Source of the DNA: Macrostomum lignano
Lineage: Eukaryota
Reading direction: 5' to 3'
NCBI GenBank assembly: GCA_002269645.1
Contig: NIVC01002093.1
Coordinates: 1-64,000, forward strand
Length of the DNA: 64,000 nt
Position numbers and translations under genes: made by a program. The notes below the pieces were generated by a model, which was not told the origin of the DNA, ran no database searches, and worked only from the letters and a program-made list of their open reading frames with translations. Shown in pieces: positions 51,832 to 63,345 of this stretch; position 1 is the stretch's first letter, and each line of letters opens with the position of its first letter.

Positions 51832-53770
51832 TCAGGTAAGCATGAGAATCTCCAGCTGCTTGAAGCTGTAGTACCATCCATCGGTGATGTTTGTGGGGGC
51901 ATTGCGTCTCCAAACGATGCCCTTGGCTCGGCTTCGAGCTGGCACATTCAGCGCTGTCGGGTAGTTGAAGTACTTGCCGAACGGACCTGAGGCATGGCAG
52001 CATGCGTGCCAGTGAGGCTGGTGCATTTCAGCACAGTTCTGTCCACGTCTGCATCTACTCGATCCACGGTCTCGAGTCTGAAACTGGATTTTCCTGCCAC
52101 CGAACAAGTCCTGGCGAAGACCTCCAGCAGCCTGAAACCTAAAGTCAGACAACATGTAGTTGGTGCTCTCGGCCAGAATGAGCACGTTCAGGTAGTAGGC
52201 GTAGATGTAGGCGTCGTTCCAGTACAGCAGGTCGACGCGGAACCGGTTCTTAGGCTGAGCACTTGTCCGGGTGTGCAGCCACTCCAAGCCTTGCGTTATG
52301 AAATTCGCAGGCAATGAAATTGCATGTTGGTTCTTGATGAGAGAATCAGTTGTTAATTCGTCATACAGTGGAAAACCAAGCTCACAAGGGAAGAAGTCAC
52401 TAGAAAAGGGGGTCCTTTTTACAATTGCATTCCAAAGTTCAGATTTTGATTTCGATATTTCACAGACGATATTGATACGAGTATATCAAATCGCTGAGGC
52501 TTTAGTTTGGTTAGTTACATTATTCTTATTTGACACTTGAGGTTTTTCGATACAGTGGTTTATGACATCGAGTATTAGCATGCAGAATTCGCTCGTAAAA
52601 AGCTCCGCCTCACCAACGAAGTAGTTGCCGTGATAAGTGCCGAAGCCGGTCTTGTACTCGGCCCAGAGCCGGTCGAAGCTCAGCGTGTCCGATACTCGCA
52701 GGTTGACGGTCTCGAAGCACTGCTGAGTGCCGACGGTGTAGAACTCCTGCGTTTTGCAATTAAAACGATTTATTCGATCGGCTATCAATAAAAATGCCTA
52801 AATGATGTCAGCGATCAAGCACTGCTTTCCCAACACTCACATAGACGGCCAGCTCAGAGCTGCCCGGCGGCTGCTCGAACCAGCGGCACAGCGGGTAGTC
52901 GGTGAGCAGAGAGCAGTTGCTGGAGTTGAACACAATCCCGCGACAGGCCGGCACCTCGCTGCACTTGGCAACGCAGCGAACGAGCGATGAGACAGCCGAC
53001 TGGAGCAGAAGGAATGCGGCAAAGATTTTCACCGAATTGTTAGGAATGTGGAGCCGCTTGTGAGTCACGTTCCTAGCCGCCAGGTACTCTGTGAAAGATT
53101 GATATTTTGGGTTGGATTTGATGATCTAGGTCAGCAGCACGCAACAGCAGCAGCAGCATGCATCAGCACTGAGACGGGCTGGATTACATCAACCTTTCGA
53201 TGCTTATAACCATGCTAGAACTCATTGCCTTAACAGATAAGGTGAGCTCAGGTGTAAGCCTAGGTTTCCATCGCAAAACTCACTGCGCGCGGCGTCGATG
53301 CCGCTAAGCAGCTGCTGCTCAAAGTCGCCAGCCTTCCAGATCTGCACACCGTACTCAGGCCGAATCTCCCTGGCAACAAAGCTGCTGCTGCTCAAGCCCG
53401 GCTCGCTCGCAGTGTTGATGACGAACACCTGGCATTCGAGGATAGCGGCTTCCTTGACGACTGCGACAGCGCATGACGTTGCCCAGCACTTCCACAGGCA
53501 GAGAACATCTGATCGAACACCCGTCTCGTTGAGCAGCTCGCTGCTCACGTAGCTTCCGATGCCGATGAAGCCGCTGGTCACCCGATGGTAGAGACCTCCG
53601 GTGACGGCGCTTGGGTCTGAGGCGGAGACCACAGCTGAAAGGGGTGTGAGTGAGCAGTGAGTGAGTAGAGTCTCTCCATCAAGGTAGCACCATTTCCATG
53701 CAGACTCACCCGTGAGCAGCTGGCACAGAAGCAGCTGCAGCGGCTCGGACCGCTTGGCTGTCAGCTTCAT
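51832..53770 (-). CDS. Copy C: predicted secreted PAN/apple-like x2 + fibrinogen-related (FReD) protein, 416 aa, intact
   Basis: join complement(53770..53710,53634..53284,53088..52841,52746..52614,52289..51832); GT-AG introns, 1251 nt open. Leader MKLTAKRSEPLQLLLCQLLTAVVSA. Cys modules LCLWKCWATSCAVAVVKEAAILEC and VRCVAKCSEVPACRGIVFNSSNCSLL. FReD motifs WAEYKTGFG, GLEWLH, FRVDLLYW, AYYLNVLI.AESTNY, NCA, HWHACCH.SGPFGKY. Confidence 0.85.
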
Positions 53771-55469
53771 CGCAGGCAGCTGAGTTGCTGGGCAGATTTT
53801 ACAGTCAGCGATCGGCTCTGCTGATGCGAGATGATCCGCGATGGAGCTCAGCTCCTGATGGGGCTCCTGAAATATGGGATTCTGCCGCCCCCAGAGCTGA
53901 TAAATAGAAGCTGGTTGCCAAGCGCCTGACAAACCGCACTTTCTCCACTGTACTCGGCGGCCCCGCAGTGCCCAGTTATGGTGCAGCGGCTCGGTAGCCA
54001 TTGGTTCCTTGATTGGGGGCGGTGATGGCTGGCTGGCTTGGGGCAGTCGTGTCTTCTCTTTAACAATTGGCACTCACGTCTTTTTTGTCTTTTTTTCCGC
54101 TTCTCCCACCTAACTCTTTGGAAGGTTCAGAGTCAGATTCATAAAATCCAGCAATTTTCCTAAAGTTTAAATTTACCGTGTACACTTTTGAGCAAAAGGC
54201 AACCACTCTTCTGCGGTCTTTGGCAACAAAGTTTCCTTTAAGTTTACAACCCAAACTCTTCTCTGATGCTTGGCCTACCAACAACTTCCAAATGACCTCA
54301 GTTGACCCTTGGCATCTGAGCAACCTCAATATGAGTCACAGAAATTCAGCAATCCCCTCATGAGCCTTGACATCTCAGCCATTCCCCTCACGATCCACAG
54401 AATTTCGCGGACAACGAATCTGCATGTGAAGACGAAGTCAGAAAACAAGAATACAAGAAATTTCAGCGAGCTTATCAGAATATTAAGCTCATTTTAGGTT
54501 TATGAGTGAACAAATAATTGGGCAAATGCTATCAACGATTTAGCAGACAACTTTTAATTTCATTATAAGCTTAGATCTTTCAATCTAGATCTGGATCGGT
54601 GTTATATCTCGAAGTTTGCAGTTGCCAAGATTAATGTTTGCATGCCCCGCACAAACCCGACACCAGATGCAAGCCCTCGCAAGTAATAGTAGCTACTATA
54701 CATGTTGATTTTTTATTCCAATTTCACTAACCGGATCTGAATTTCGTTCAAATAACGGGGCCTAACCTTATGTTTATGGGGAACGACGTTGGTAGGGAAA
54801 ATACATATAAACGGAATTTGCACAAATTTCTCTATACATTTCCGGATAAAGCTGCGTGGGTGTCAACTGCAATGTCCAGATCAGGTTGCACAAAGTAAAT
54901 TTGGAATGTGGAAGCTCACTAACATCAGCTGGCTTGTTGAGAATAAAAAATATTAATATACTTCTTTTCTAGGAAGTAAAGGTACTTTGTAAAACTTTAT
55001 AAAAACACTCCGCTGTCAGCTAACTAAAGCTCACTATGACAGTAGTGACATTTTATTTCAAAAAAGTGAAGCTTTGCAGGAAATGTTCAAATATTTTTTA
55101 ATGCAGAAAAAGCAAACTTTACGTTCTAGGTATAGCAATCAAACAAGATATGAAGCTGCTTTGAGCTACGGAAGAAGGCCGTTTTCATCTCTGTTTTAAA
55201 TATCCTGTCATTTTGTGAAGTTCTTTGCCAACCATCTGTTATTACCACGGCGAAATTGTCACTCAGCCGGCGAGAAGCATTGTACTGCCCATTCCGCCGA
55301 CTCCAGAAATGAAAACGCATATCCAGAAGTATATTTCAGAAGTGTACTGCCGTTGTCGTGGAAATGAACAGTGTAGTGGAAAGCGTTCGTACGAATTATA
55401 ACTAACTCGGCTTTGTACTCCTAGCGGAAGTTCCAGTAAGTTCATGCTTTGCTGGCTCTGTCCTCAACC

Positions 55470-55680
55470 TCCAGCTACAGTAGCAGCCCTGACGCTCGAT
55501 CAGTTTCTGCACAAGGGTCCCGGCCGGTTGCCCAGTCGAGCCGAGGTCCAGCGACTGTCTCTGCAGTCCATGCCATCAATCAACGTGAGACTCCGTTCTA
55601 CCACCCTCAAGGAAGTTCCGGAGTGGAGCGTCTGAACCGCGTAGTCAAAGAGGTCTTGAAGAGCAGAAGAATTCCCGACC
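55470..55680 (+). mobile_element. Gypsy integrase catalytic core relic
   Basis: ETPFYHPQGSSGVERLNRVVKEVLK (cf. TPPYHPQSNGLVERFNRTLK), frameshifted upstream. Confidence 0.6.
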
Positions 55681-56637
55681 GATTTTGAGACAACAAATGC
55701 AGACTGGCGCATGCAGTGTTTTTCACTTCACCCGTTGATCAGTTCCAAATTCCCTGATGTGTGATGCAGCATGACGTAGGCACATGTAAGACTCTTAAGG
55801 TCAATTCTAATTAGCTGCAAACCTAACAACCAGGTTGAGCTTATCTTGACTCCAAGGAAACCCAATTTTCTAAAACTATAATTGAAGGATTGACGAATTG
55901 AATTCGTAAAAATAAGTAATGTCAAAAGACTCAGTACAAGCACAAAATAAATGCACATAAAGAGTGAAAGACAACACAAGCGGTTGTCATAGCGACTATA
56001 TAGAGCGCAGTCTGCGACCAGAAGAAGAGGGGATCTCAGCGATGTCATGCGAGTGTATTTCAGGACATCAAATTTGTCTCATTGGCAGCAAAGGCTAAAT
56101 AAGAATGACTTAAGAAGAACAGAAAAGTACAATTAAGAGCAAAGAGTGCAGCCGATACCAAGCATAAGAGGAATGAAACAAAAGATGCATGCATTGAAAT
56201 CTTGATGACACACCAAAGAAGAGAAAAAGCTATTGAATGCACACTACAAGCTAATTTGAGAATTTTAAAAAGTTGATTGTTTTACTGTACGTGTAGAGTT
56301 AAATATATTGTACTAACGAGATGTTTAGCAGTGCAGTGCTTCAAGATTGGGGACTCAAATTTAGCACGAGTGCGGTTGAGACACGGAGAGAGCATAAGGA
56401 TAAAAAAGAGAAAAGGGAAGGAGAAGAAAGATAAGGAAAAAGGGAGGATAAGCAAGGGAGATTTAAACTCTGTTTAAATTTAGCCCTGTGACTGTTCCAC
56501 TCCGCTATTCAATGCAGCAATTCATGCTTTTCTCAAGAGAAGGCTTCACATAGTCACAATGCTCTGCCAAATACCCAGAATTAAAGAAAAACACGACAGA
56601 ACAATTGGAACAAGACGGCACTGGCTGACGTTGACGT

Positions 56638-58487
56638 TCAGGTGAGCATGAGAATCTCCAGCTGCTTGAAGCTGTAGAGGAACCCATCAGTGATATTTTT
56701 GGGAGCATTGCAAGCCCAGACGATGCCCTTGGCTCGGCTTTTAGCTGGTAAATTCAGCGCTGTCGGGTAGTTGAAGTACCTGCCGAACGGACCGGAGTTG
56801 TGGCAGCAATTGTGCCAGTGAGGCTGCTGGTAAACAATCGCACAGTTGTGTATGCAGTTGTTCCATCCGCGATCTCGAGTGATGAACTGCCTGTTTTTAC
56901 TTTGAATTAGGCAGTCCCTAAGGCCTCCAGCAGGCACGTGGGTGTAATCAGAAAACGTGTAGTTGGTGCTCTCGGCTTGAATGAGCACGTTCAGGTAGTA
57001 GGCGTAGATGTAGGCGTCGCTCCAGTACAGCAGGTCGACTCGGAACCGGTTGCTGCTGGGCTGAGCGCTGGTCCGTGCGTGCAGCCACTCCAGGCCTGAA
57101 ATTCGCAGGTAATGAAATTGCGCTTTGGTTCTGATCTTAACAAGTGAACCAGTTGTCGATTCAGTGGCGCATCAAGCACATAAAGAAGAAGTCACATGAA
57201 CACTGAGCCCTTTTTTATTATTATTAGTAGAAAGCTACAAGCAGCACTTTCTGAAACTATAAGACGATGTTTCATGAGCTAAACCATTAAGACTTTCATT
57301 GCTGTCAATGATTCTTATTTCTTGCTTTTATTTTGTCGATACAGAAATTTATGACATCAAGGATAGAATATACAATAGAAAGTTCCGCCTCACCAACGAA
57401 GTAGTTGCCGTGATAAGTGCCGAAGCCGGTCTTGTACTCGGCCCAGAGCCGGTCGAAGCTCAGCGCGTCCGACACTCGCAGGTTGACGGTCTCGAAGCAC
57501 TGCTGAGTGCCCACAGTGTAGAACTCCTGCGGTTGGAGTTTGATGTGCAATGTAAAGAAACGTGTCTGCAGGGATAGCCCTGATCAAGCAATGCTTTCCC
57601 ATCACTCACATAGACGGCCAGCTCATAGCTGCCCGGCGGCTGCTCGAACCAGCGGCACAGCGGGTAGTCGGTGAGCAGAGAGCAGCTGCTGGAGTTGAAC
57701 ACAATCCCACGACAGGCCGGCACCTCGCTGCACTTGTAAACGCAGCCAACGAGCGATGAGACAGCCGGCTGGTGCAGAAGGAATGCGGCGAAGATCTTCA
57801 CCGAGTTTCTGGGAATGTGGATCCGCTTCAGAGTCACGTTCCGATCCACTAGGTACTCTCATACTCTGTGAGATGGATATTTGGGGTTGGATTCTATGGG
57901 CATTACGGTGAGAACAGCCTGCATCATCGCTGAAACAAGCTGGATTGCATCAACATTTTCATGCTGGAACTCATCACCTTAAAAAGGTACTAAAACTCAC
58001 TGCGCTCGGGGTCAGTGCCTCTGAGCAGCTGCTGCTCAAAGTCGCCAGCCTTCCAGATCTGCACACCGTCCTCAGGCCGAATCTCCCTGGCAACAAAGCT
58101 GCTGCTGCTCAAGCCCGGCTCGCTCGCAGTGTTGATGACGAGCACCTGGCATTCGAGGATCGCGGCTTCCTTGACGACTGCGACAGCACATAACGTCGCC
58201 CAGCACTTCCACAGGCACAAAACGCTTGATTGAATGCCTGTCTCATTGAGCAGCTCGCTGCTCACGTAGCTTCTGATGCCGATGAAGCCGCTGCTCACCC
58301 GATGATAGAAGCCTCCGGTGACGGCGCTGGGGTCTGCGGCGGAGACCACAGCTGAAAGGGGGGTGAGTGAGCAGTGAGTGAGTAGAGTCTCTCCATCAAG
58401 GTGGCACCATTTTCATGCAGACTCACCCGTGAGCAGCTGGCACAGAAGCAGCTGCAGCGGCTCGGACCGCTTGGCTGTCAGCTTCAT
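56638..58487 (-). CDS. Copy D: PAN/apple-like x2 + FReD protein, 416 aa if the shifted exon-3 acceptor is used
   Basis: join complement(58487..58427,58351..58001,57857..57610,57526..57394,57095..56638). Same exon sizes as copy C (61/351/248/133/458). The ancestral acceptor (exon start 57865) would give a frameshift and TAG. Confidence 0.75.
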
Positions 58488-61400
58488 TGCAGGCTGGAGT
58501 TGCTGGGCAGATTTTACTGTCAGCTATCGGCTCTGCTGATGCGAGATGATCCGCGATGAAGCTTAGCTCCTGATGGGGCTCCTGAAATATGGGATTCTGC
58601 CGCCCCCAGAGCTGATAAATACAAGCTGGTTGCCAAGCGCCTGACAAACCACCCATCGCCGCACTTTCTCCGCTGTACACGGCGGCCCCGCAGTGCCCAG
58701 TCATGGTGCAGCGGCTCGGTAGCCATTGGGTCCTTGATTGGGGGCGGTGATGGCTGGCTGGCTTGGGGCAGTCGAGTCTTCTCTTTAACAATTGGCGCCT
58801 ATGTCTTTTTTGTCTTTCTTTCTCCTCTGTTCCTTCCCAGTTCAGAATCAGATTCAGATAATTCAGCAGTTCCCCCAAATGCCAATTAATTTTAGCTATA
58901 CCCCCATGAGTTTTGACATCTCACGAAAAGCTTCCATGTCATATGATCCTAGCAATTCTTACTCACCAACTCTGTGTGAAATCAGGAAAATTTTTGAGTT
59001 AACGGTGCAAGTTTAATGAAAGTCAGTTGAGCGTTTCTTCTAAAATCAATCGAATACCTAGAGACCTAGGACGTAGATACCGAGACAAATTATGTTTAGT
59101 ATAGTGGACTAGCAATTTGTGCCCCCTGCGGAGCATCATAGAAAGGAATAAAATGTATTAATAACTAAATAATACACTTAAAACATTCGACCGTGTACAC
59201 TTGCTACTGTTATAGTAGCTTAGGAAAAATTATGTTTGAGCAATATGCATATCACTCTTCTGCGATATTTGGCACCAAAACCTCCCTTTAAGTTTTTAAC
59301 CTAGCTATAATTTCTCCTTTGATGCTTGGCCTACCAACAGCTTCTAAGTGACCTCGGTTGATCCTTGGCATCCTAGCAACCCCAATATGAGCCACAGAAA
59401 TTTATTGATCCCCTCAGTTGTCCCTCAGACATCTCAGCCATTCCCCTCATGATCCACAGAATTTAACGGAGAACGGAGAACTAAGGTAGACATCGACCTA
59501 GTCAGAAAACAGGAATATAAAAAATGTCAGCTCTTTTGGCTTACGAGTGAAAAATTACTAATTGGCCAAATATTGCTAACGATTTTGCACACTAACTTCA
59601 ATTTCATTGTAAGCCCTATGGATCCTCCAATCTTAGATCTGGATTCAGTGTTAAATATCAGATTTTGCAGTTGCCGAGATAAATGTTTGCATGCAGCACA
59701 TGCAAACCAGATACCAGATGCAAACGTTCACAAGTAAAATAGCTACTGCATGTTGATTTCTTATTCCAATTTCACAACCGGATCTGAATTTCGTTCAAAT
59801 AATGAAGCCTATAACCCAGGTTTGCGAGGTTCGTTGCCCGAGTATAGGGGAACGCGAATCTAAGCGGAATTTGCACAAGCGTCTCTACATTTCCGGATAA
59901 AGCTGCGTGGGTGCCAACTGCAGTGGCCAGATCAGGTTGCAAAAAGTAAATTTAGAATGCGGAACTTTACAAACGCTAGCAGGGATTGTGGAGAATAGAA
60001 AAGTTATGGATACACTTTTTTCTAGGAAGTAAATTTTCTTGTCAAACTTTGAAAAAACTGTGCGAAGTTCGCATATACTTACATGTACATGCATGCATGA
60101 GCAGTAGTGATATTTTATTTCACAAAAGTGAAGCTTTGAAGGAAACGTTTAAATATTTTTGAATGCAGAAAAGGCGAAAAGGGGAAAGCATAGCTGCTTT
60201 GCTATGGAAGAAGGTCGTTTTCATCTCTAATGTTTAAAATATCTTGTCATTTAGTGCGAGTAAATCGCTTTGTACTTGTGAAGTTCTCTGCTAACCATAT
60301 TTTATTACCACGGCGCACTTTAAGCGACATTGTCACACAACCGGCGAGAGGCATTGTACTGCCCATTCCGCAGACTCGCAGAGCGCGCGGATACGTACGC
60401 AGTCACACACCATAGGCACACACTCGCACAGGAGTGTACAGTGGCCCTAACTTTATTTATCGTTAGGCATGTACACTTCACTGCGCCTTGTTAGGAGGTT
60501 GGCGGTTGGCTCAAGCAGATCGAGTTTCTAATTAATTTAGGCCCCAAATTAATGTGACTGCACTTGAAATCGAGACTGGGCTACCAAGATCACGTGTTCC
60601 CGGTTCAGCTGGCCCGCCAAGTGCGTATCGATTTTTTTAGCTTTTTAGTCTCCACGTTTTTATATTCAGGTTTTTTTGAGTCAAATAAAATAAAGTAAAT
60701 AAATATACGCTCGAATACTCGCACAATGCGTCCAAGCTCCAACCTGCGCCTCTCGTGCCAACTGCCTTCTTGACTTCGTCTCACTGGTTTAACTTTTTCG
60801 CCACCAGAAAAATGAAAGAGAAAACGGTTTGTACAGTCGGCGCGGCATATCAGGGGCAGTTTGAGTAAATATGGCTCATGAAGTCAAGGCTTATAGATTG
60901 GAGTGAGACTTGCTTTTTGTTTCTTGGTGTACACTGATTTAAATATGTTTAGTCTGGAATCCGTTTAGCAACAAATCAACGATTTTAAAATGCTCGGTCA
61001 ACAAAGAAAGGTTCTTCACACTGTCAAAACAACTGTTGCAGCAGAGGAGGTGTTCTTGGGTAGCTGCTATTTTCAGTCAATGTTCTCTTCCTCTAGTGGA
61101 TATTTTTAGGTTATTTTATTGTATGAAATTTTCTGATCCACCGAACAAGAAAATCGTAGAAGGATAAAAGCGTTTGAAAGAATAATTATGCAAAGTTATG
61201 TTGATTTTCGCCTTTAAGTTCAAGCTTTTCTGCAGCTTTTTTAAAATACTCGTAGCGACGGGTCCGGATGCAGCAGAAGCGTGCAGTGTAAATGAAACTT
61301 GCTGCTATTTGGGAGCTTGGGAGGAAAGCAAAAAGCAGTATAAAGTAAATGACACATTAAATTTCTCTGGTTGAGTTTCAGTTTTTTTAAAAAGCTTATC

Positions 61401-61748
61401 CAAAACGGCTACTCTTTCCCAATCAACCGCAATTAAGGGCAAAAAAACGGAAACCTAATGTCCTTCGCACAGAAGAGTGTTCGCAAAGGCTATCAGGAAA
61501 AGTACACTGAAACGCTGCGATTTGAAATAGATAGAAGGCATCGAATTTTGGAATGAAAAAAGCTGAGGCAAAAATATAGTTTCAGAGAGTCGATTTCAGA
61601 CGCAAACTTCTCGAGCTTAAATTACTTTACGTCGGCCTAGGTATGCATGCCAATTGGCTAAAATTGCACGTCTTGATCTAACACTAAATTACAGCTTTGA
61701 CAGTTCATCTGTTCTGCTCAGCTGCATCAGCGTTTGCTTCATTCGCAC

Positions 61749-62779
61749 TCAGCCACGGACAAAGAAGTCGCCACTACTGGCGCTTCTGAGGGCGGCCGGG
61801 ACCGCAGCATACTCCAGCAGGTGGCACAGGCGCTGCTGCTGGCTGAAGATCACCGCCTAGCAACCGGAACCTTTACTGGAGCACAGATACGCGCAATGGA
61901 CCTGACTTGAAGCGCTGACAGCCGTAAAGTTTGGCACATCAGGGATGTTGGGTTCGACGAAGGTCCGGTTGCCGCTGGTGAAGTTGTTACATTCGATTCG
62001 GAATGAATGATTTGACGTTAAACGGTTTGCCTCTATATGGCTTTTGAGCTACTACGAGCGTACTTAAAAGTTAGTTTGGCAGCCATAAAACACACCGGAA
62101 GGAGCCAAACGAGATAAATCAGTTGCGAAAAGCAGGCAGCGGCCTGTCGGGTGCAGAGGCTTTAAGCTGGCCGGTGCGGCCAACACCCCCACACCTCAAC
62201 CCCCCGCCAAAGTACAGCGATATGTACAGCGGCACCCTCCGGCGTGTCTAACACCCCTTACTCAGAGAGTAACGATTGCATAATACAATGTAGTAACATA
62301 TGAAGAACAGTTGTTGAGCAAGTGGCCACCAGCAGCAGCAACTCACCGTTGGTGTAGCTCAGCTGGAGCACCCGGTTTTGCTAGTCGCCTCTGCAGTTCT
62401 GGCCCGAATTTCCACTGCAGGCCAGATTGCACTCCGAGTCAGGAGCAGCGCCCAGCGACCCGTAGGAGTTGCCACAGAAGCACCAGTATATGGCCTGCAG
62501 AGCCGCGAACTCGAAGCCGCCCAGAGCGCAGACGCTGCTGCACAGCTCGTGAGTCATCTGGCTGCTGCCGACAAAAGCGGTACCGGATTCGTATTTCGGA
62601 GATACTTCGGAGCTGCCGATCCGTGTGAGGCCAATGTGCTTCATGTCACCGACGTCTCTCATGTGATTCGAGTATTCAACGAAGCAGCCGAGGTCCGAAA
62701 TCTGGAACTGGCGGCAGAGAGAGTCGCAGATGAGGCAGCTCAGGATCGGAGCAGCGCAGAGGATCCTGCAGAGAGGCAT
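61749..62779 (-). pseudogene. WSC-domain + PAN/apple-domain gene with two in-frame TAG codons
   Basis: Exon 62779..62347: leader, then LGCFVEY..RDVG...MTHELCSSVCALGGFEFAALQAIYWCFCGNSYG..AAPDSECNLACSGNSGQNCRGD*QNRVL, donor GTGAGT at 62346. Exon 62032..61749: SASSQVHCAYLCSSKGSGC*AVIFSQQQRLCHLL...FFVRG*. TAGs at 62383-62381 and 61859-61857. The exon 2 acceptor is tentative. Confidence 0.75.
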
Positions 62780-63282
62780 GGCCAGGCTGGGTTTGTCAGT
62801 GCGGCATTAAGCAGAATATTACCGAATCTCTGTGCGAGAGAGAGGCTAAATAACAGCAGCCTCATTGATGCGTTGCCATGGAGACTCTCAGCAGGCAGCC
62901 TCTTGCCTATCGGTAAACAGAGCTCTGTGGGAGCGGAATGAGCCGGATTGAAATCCATCAGCGCCATGCATTAACTCGCTCTTGCCCTTAGCCAGAATCA
63001 GTGGAGCTTGGAGACCGTTGGGAGTCTCGATTTGCTTTCTGCCGTTGTCGCATCGAGGCTGCAGCAACTGCTCATAGCCTCATAAGCCCTCATCGAGATC
63101 TGTTTTTCGATTGCGCAGGTGACGCCGAAGCCATTAGTCTACCGTGTGTCTGCGTCAGAAAATTAATTTGAGTTTTGACCCGGCCGCAGCACTTCGTTCG
63201 TGACTAAAACGATGAGAAGCAGCTGGCGGCCGTAATGATCAATAAGTCAGACTGAAACCATCTCTCTAGGCCCATTAGTTAT

Positions 63283-63286
63283 CTAT

Positions 63287-63336
<50 letters not shown>

Positions 63337-63345
63337 GTCTATCTA
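63283..63345. repeat. (ATCT)n microsatellite
   Basis: Directly visible, about 15 copies. Confidence 0.95.

Noticed and set aside
53222-54073. 283-aa single-exon gene as given in the ORF track
   Set aside because: It reads through intron 1 (GTGAGT...TTTCAG, 75 nt) and into intron 2. The spliced five-exon model explains all paralogs better.
61857-62383. Stop-codon reassignment or programmed readthrough of TAG in the WSC-PAN gene
   Set aside because: The two TAGs replace different expected residues (Trp and Gln), each by a single transition, so ordinary nonsense mutation is simpler.
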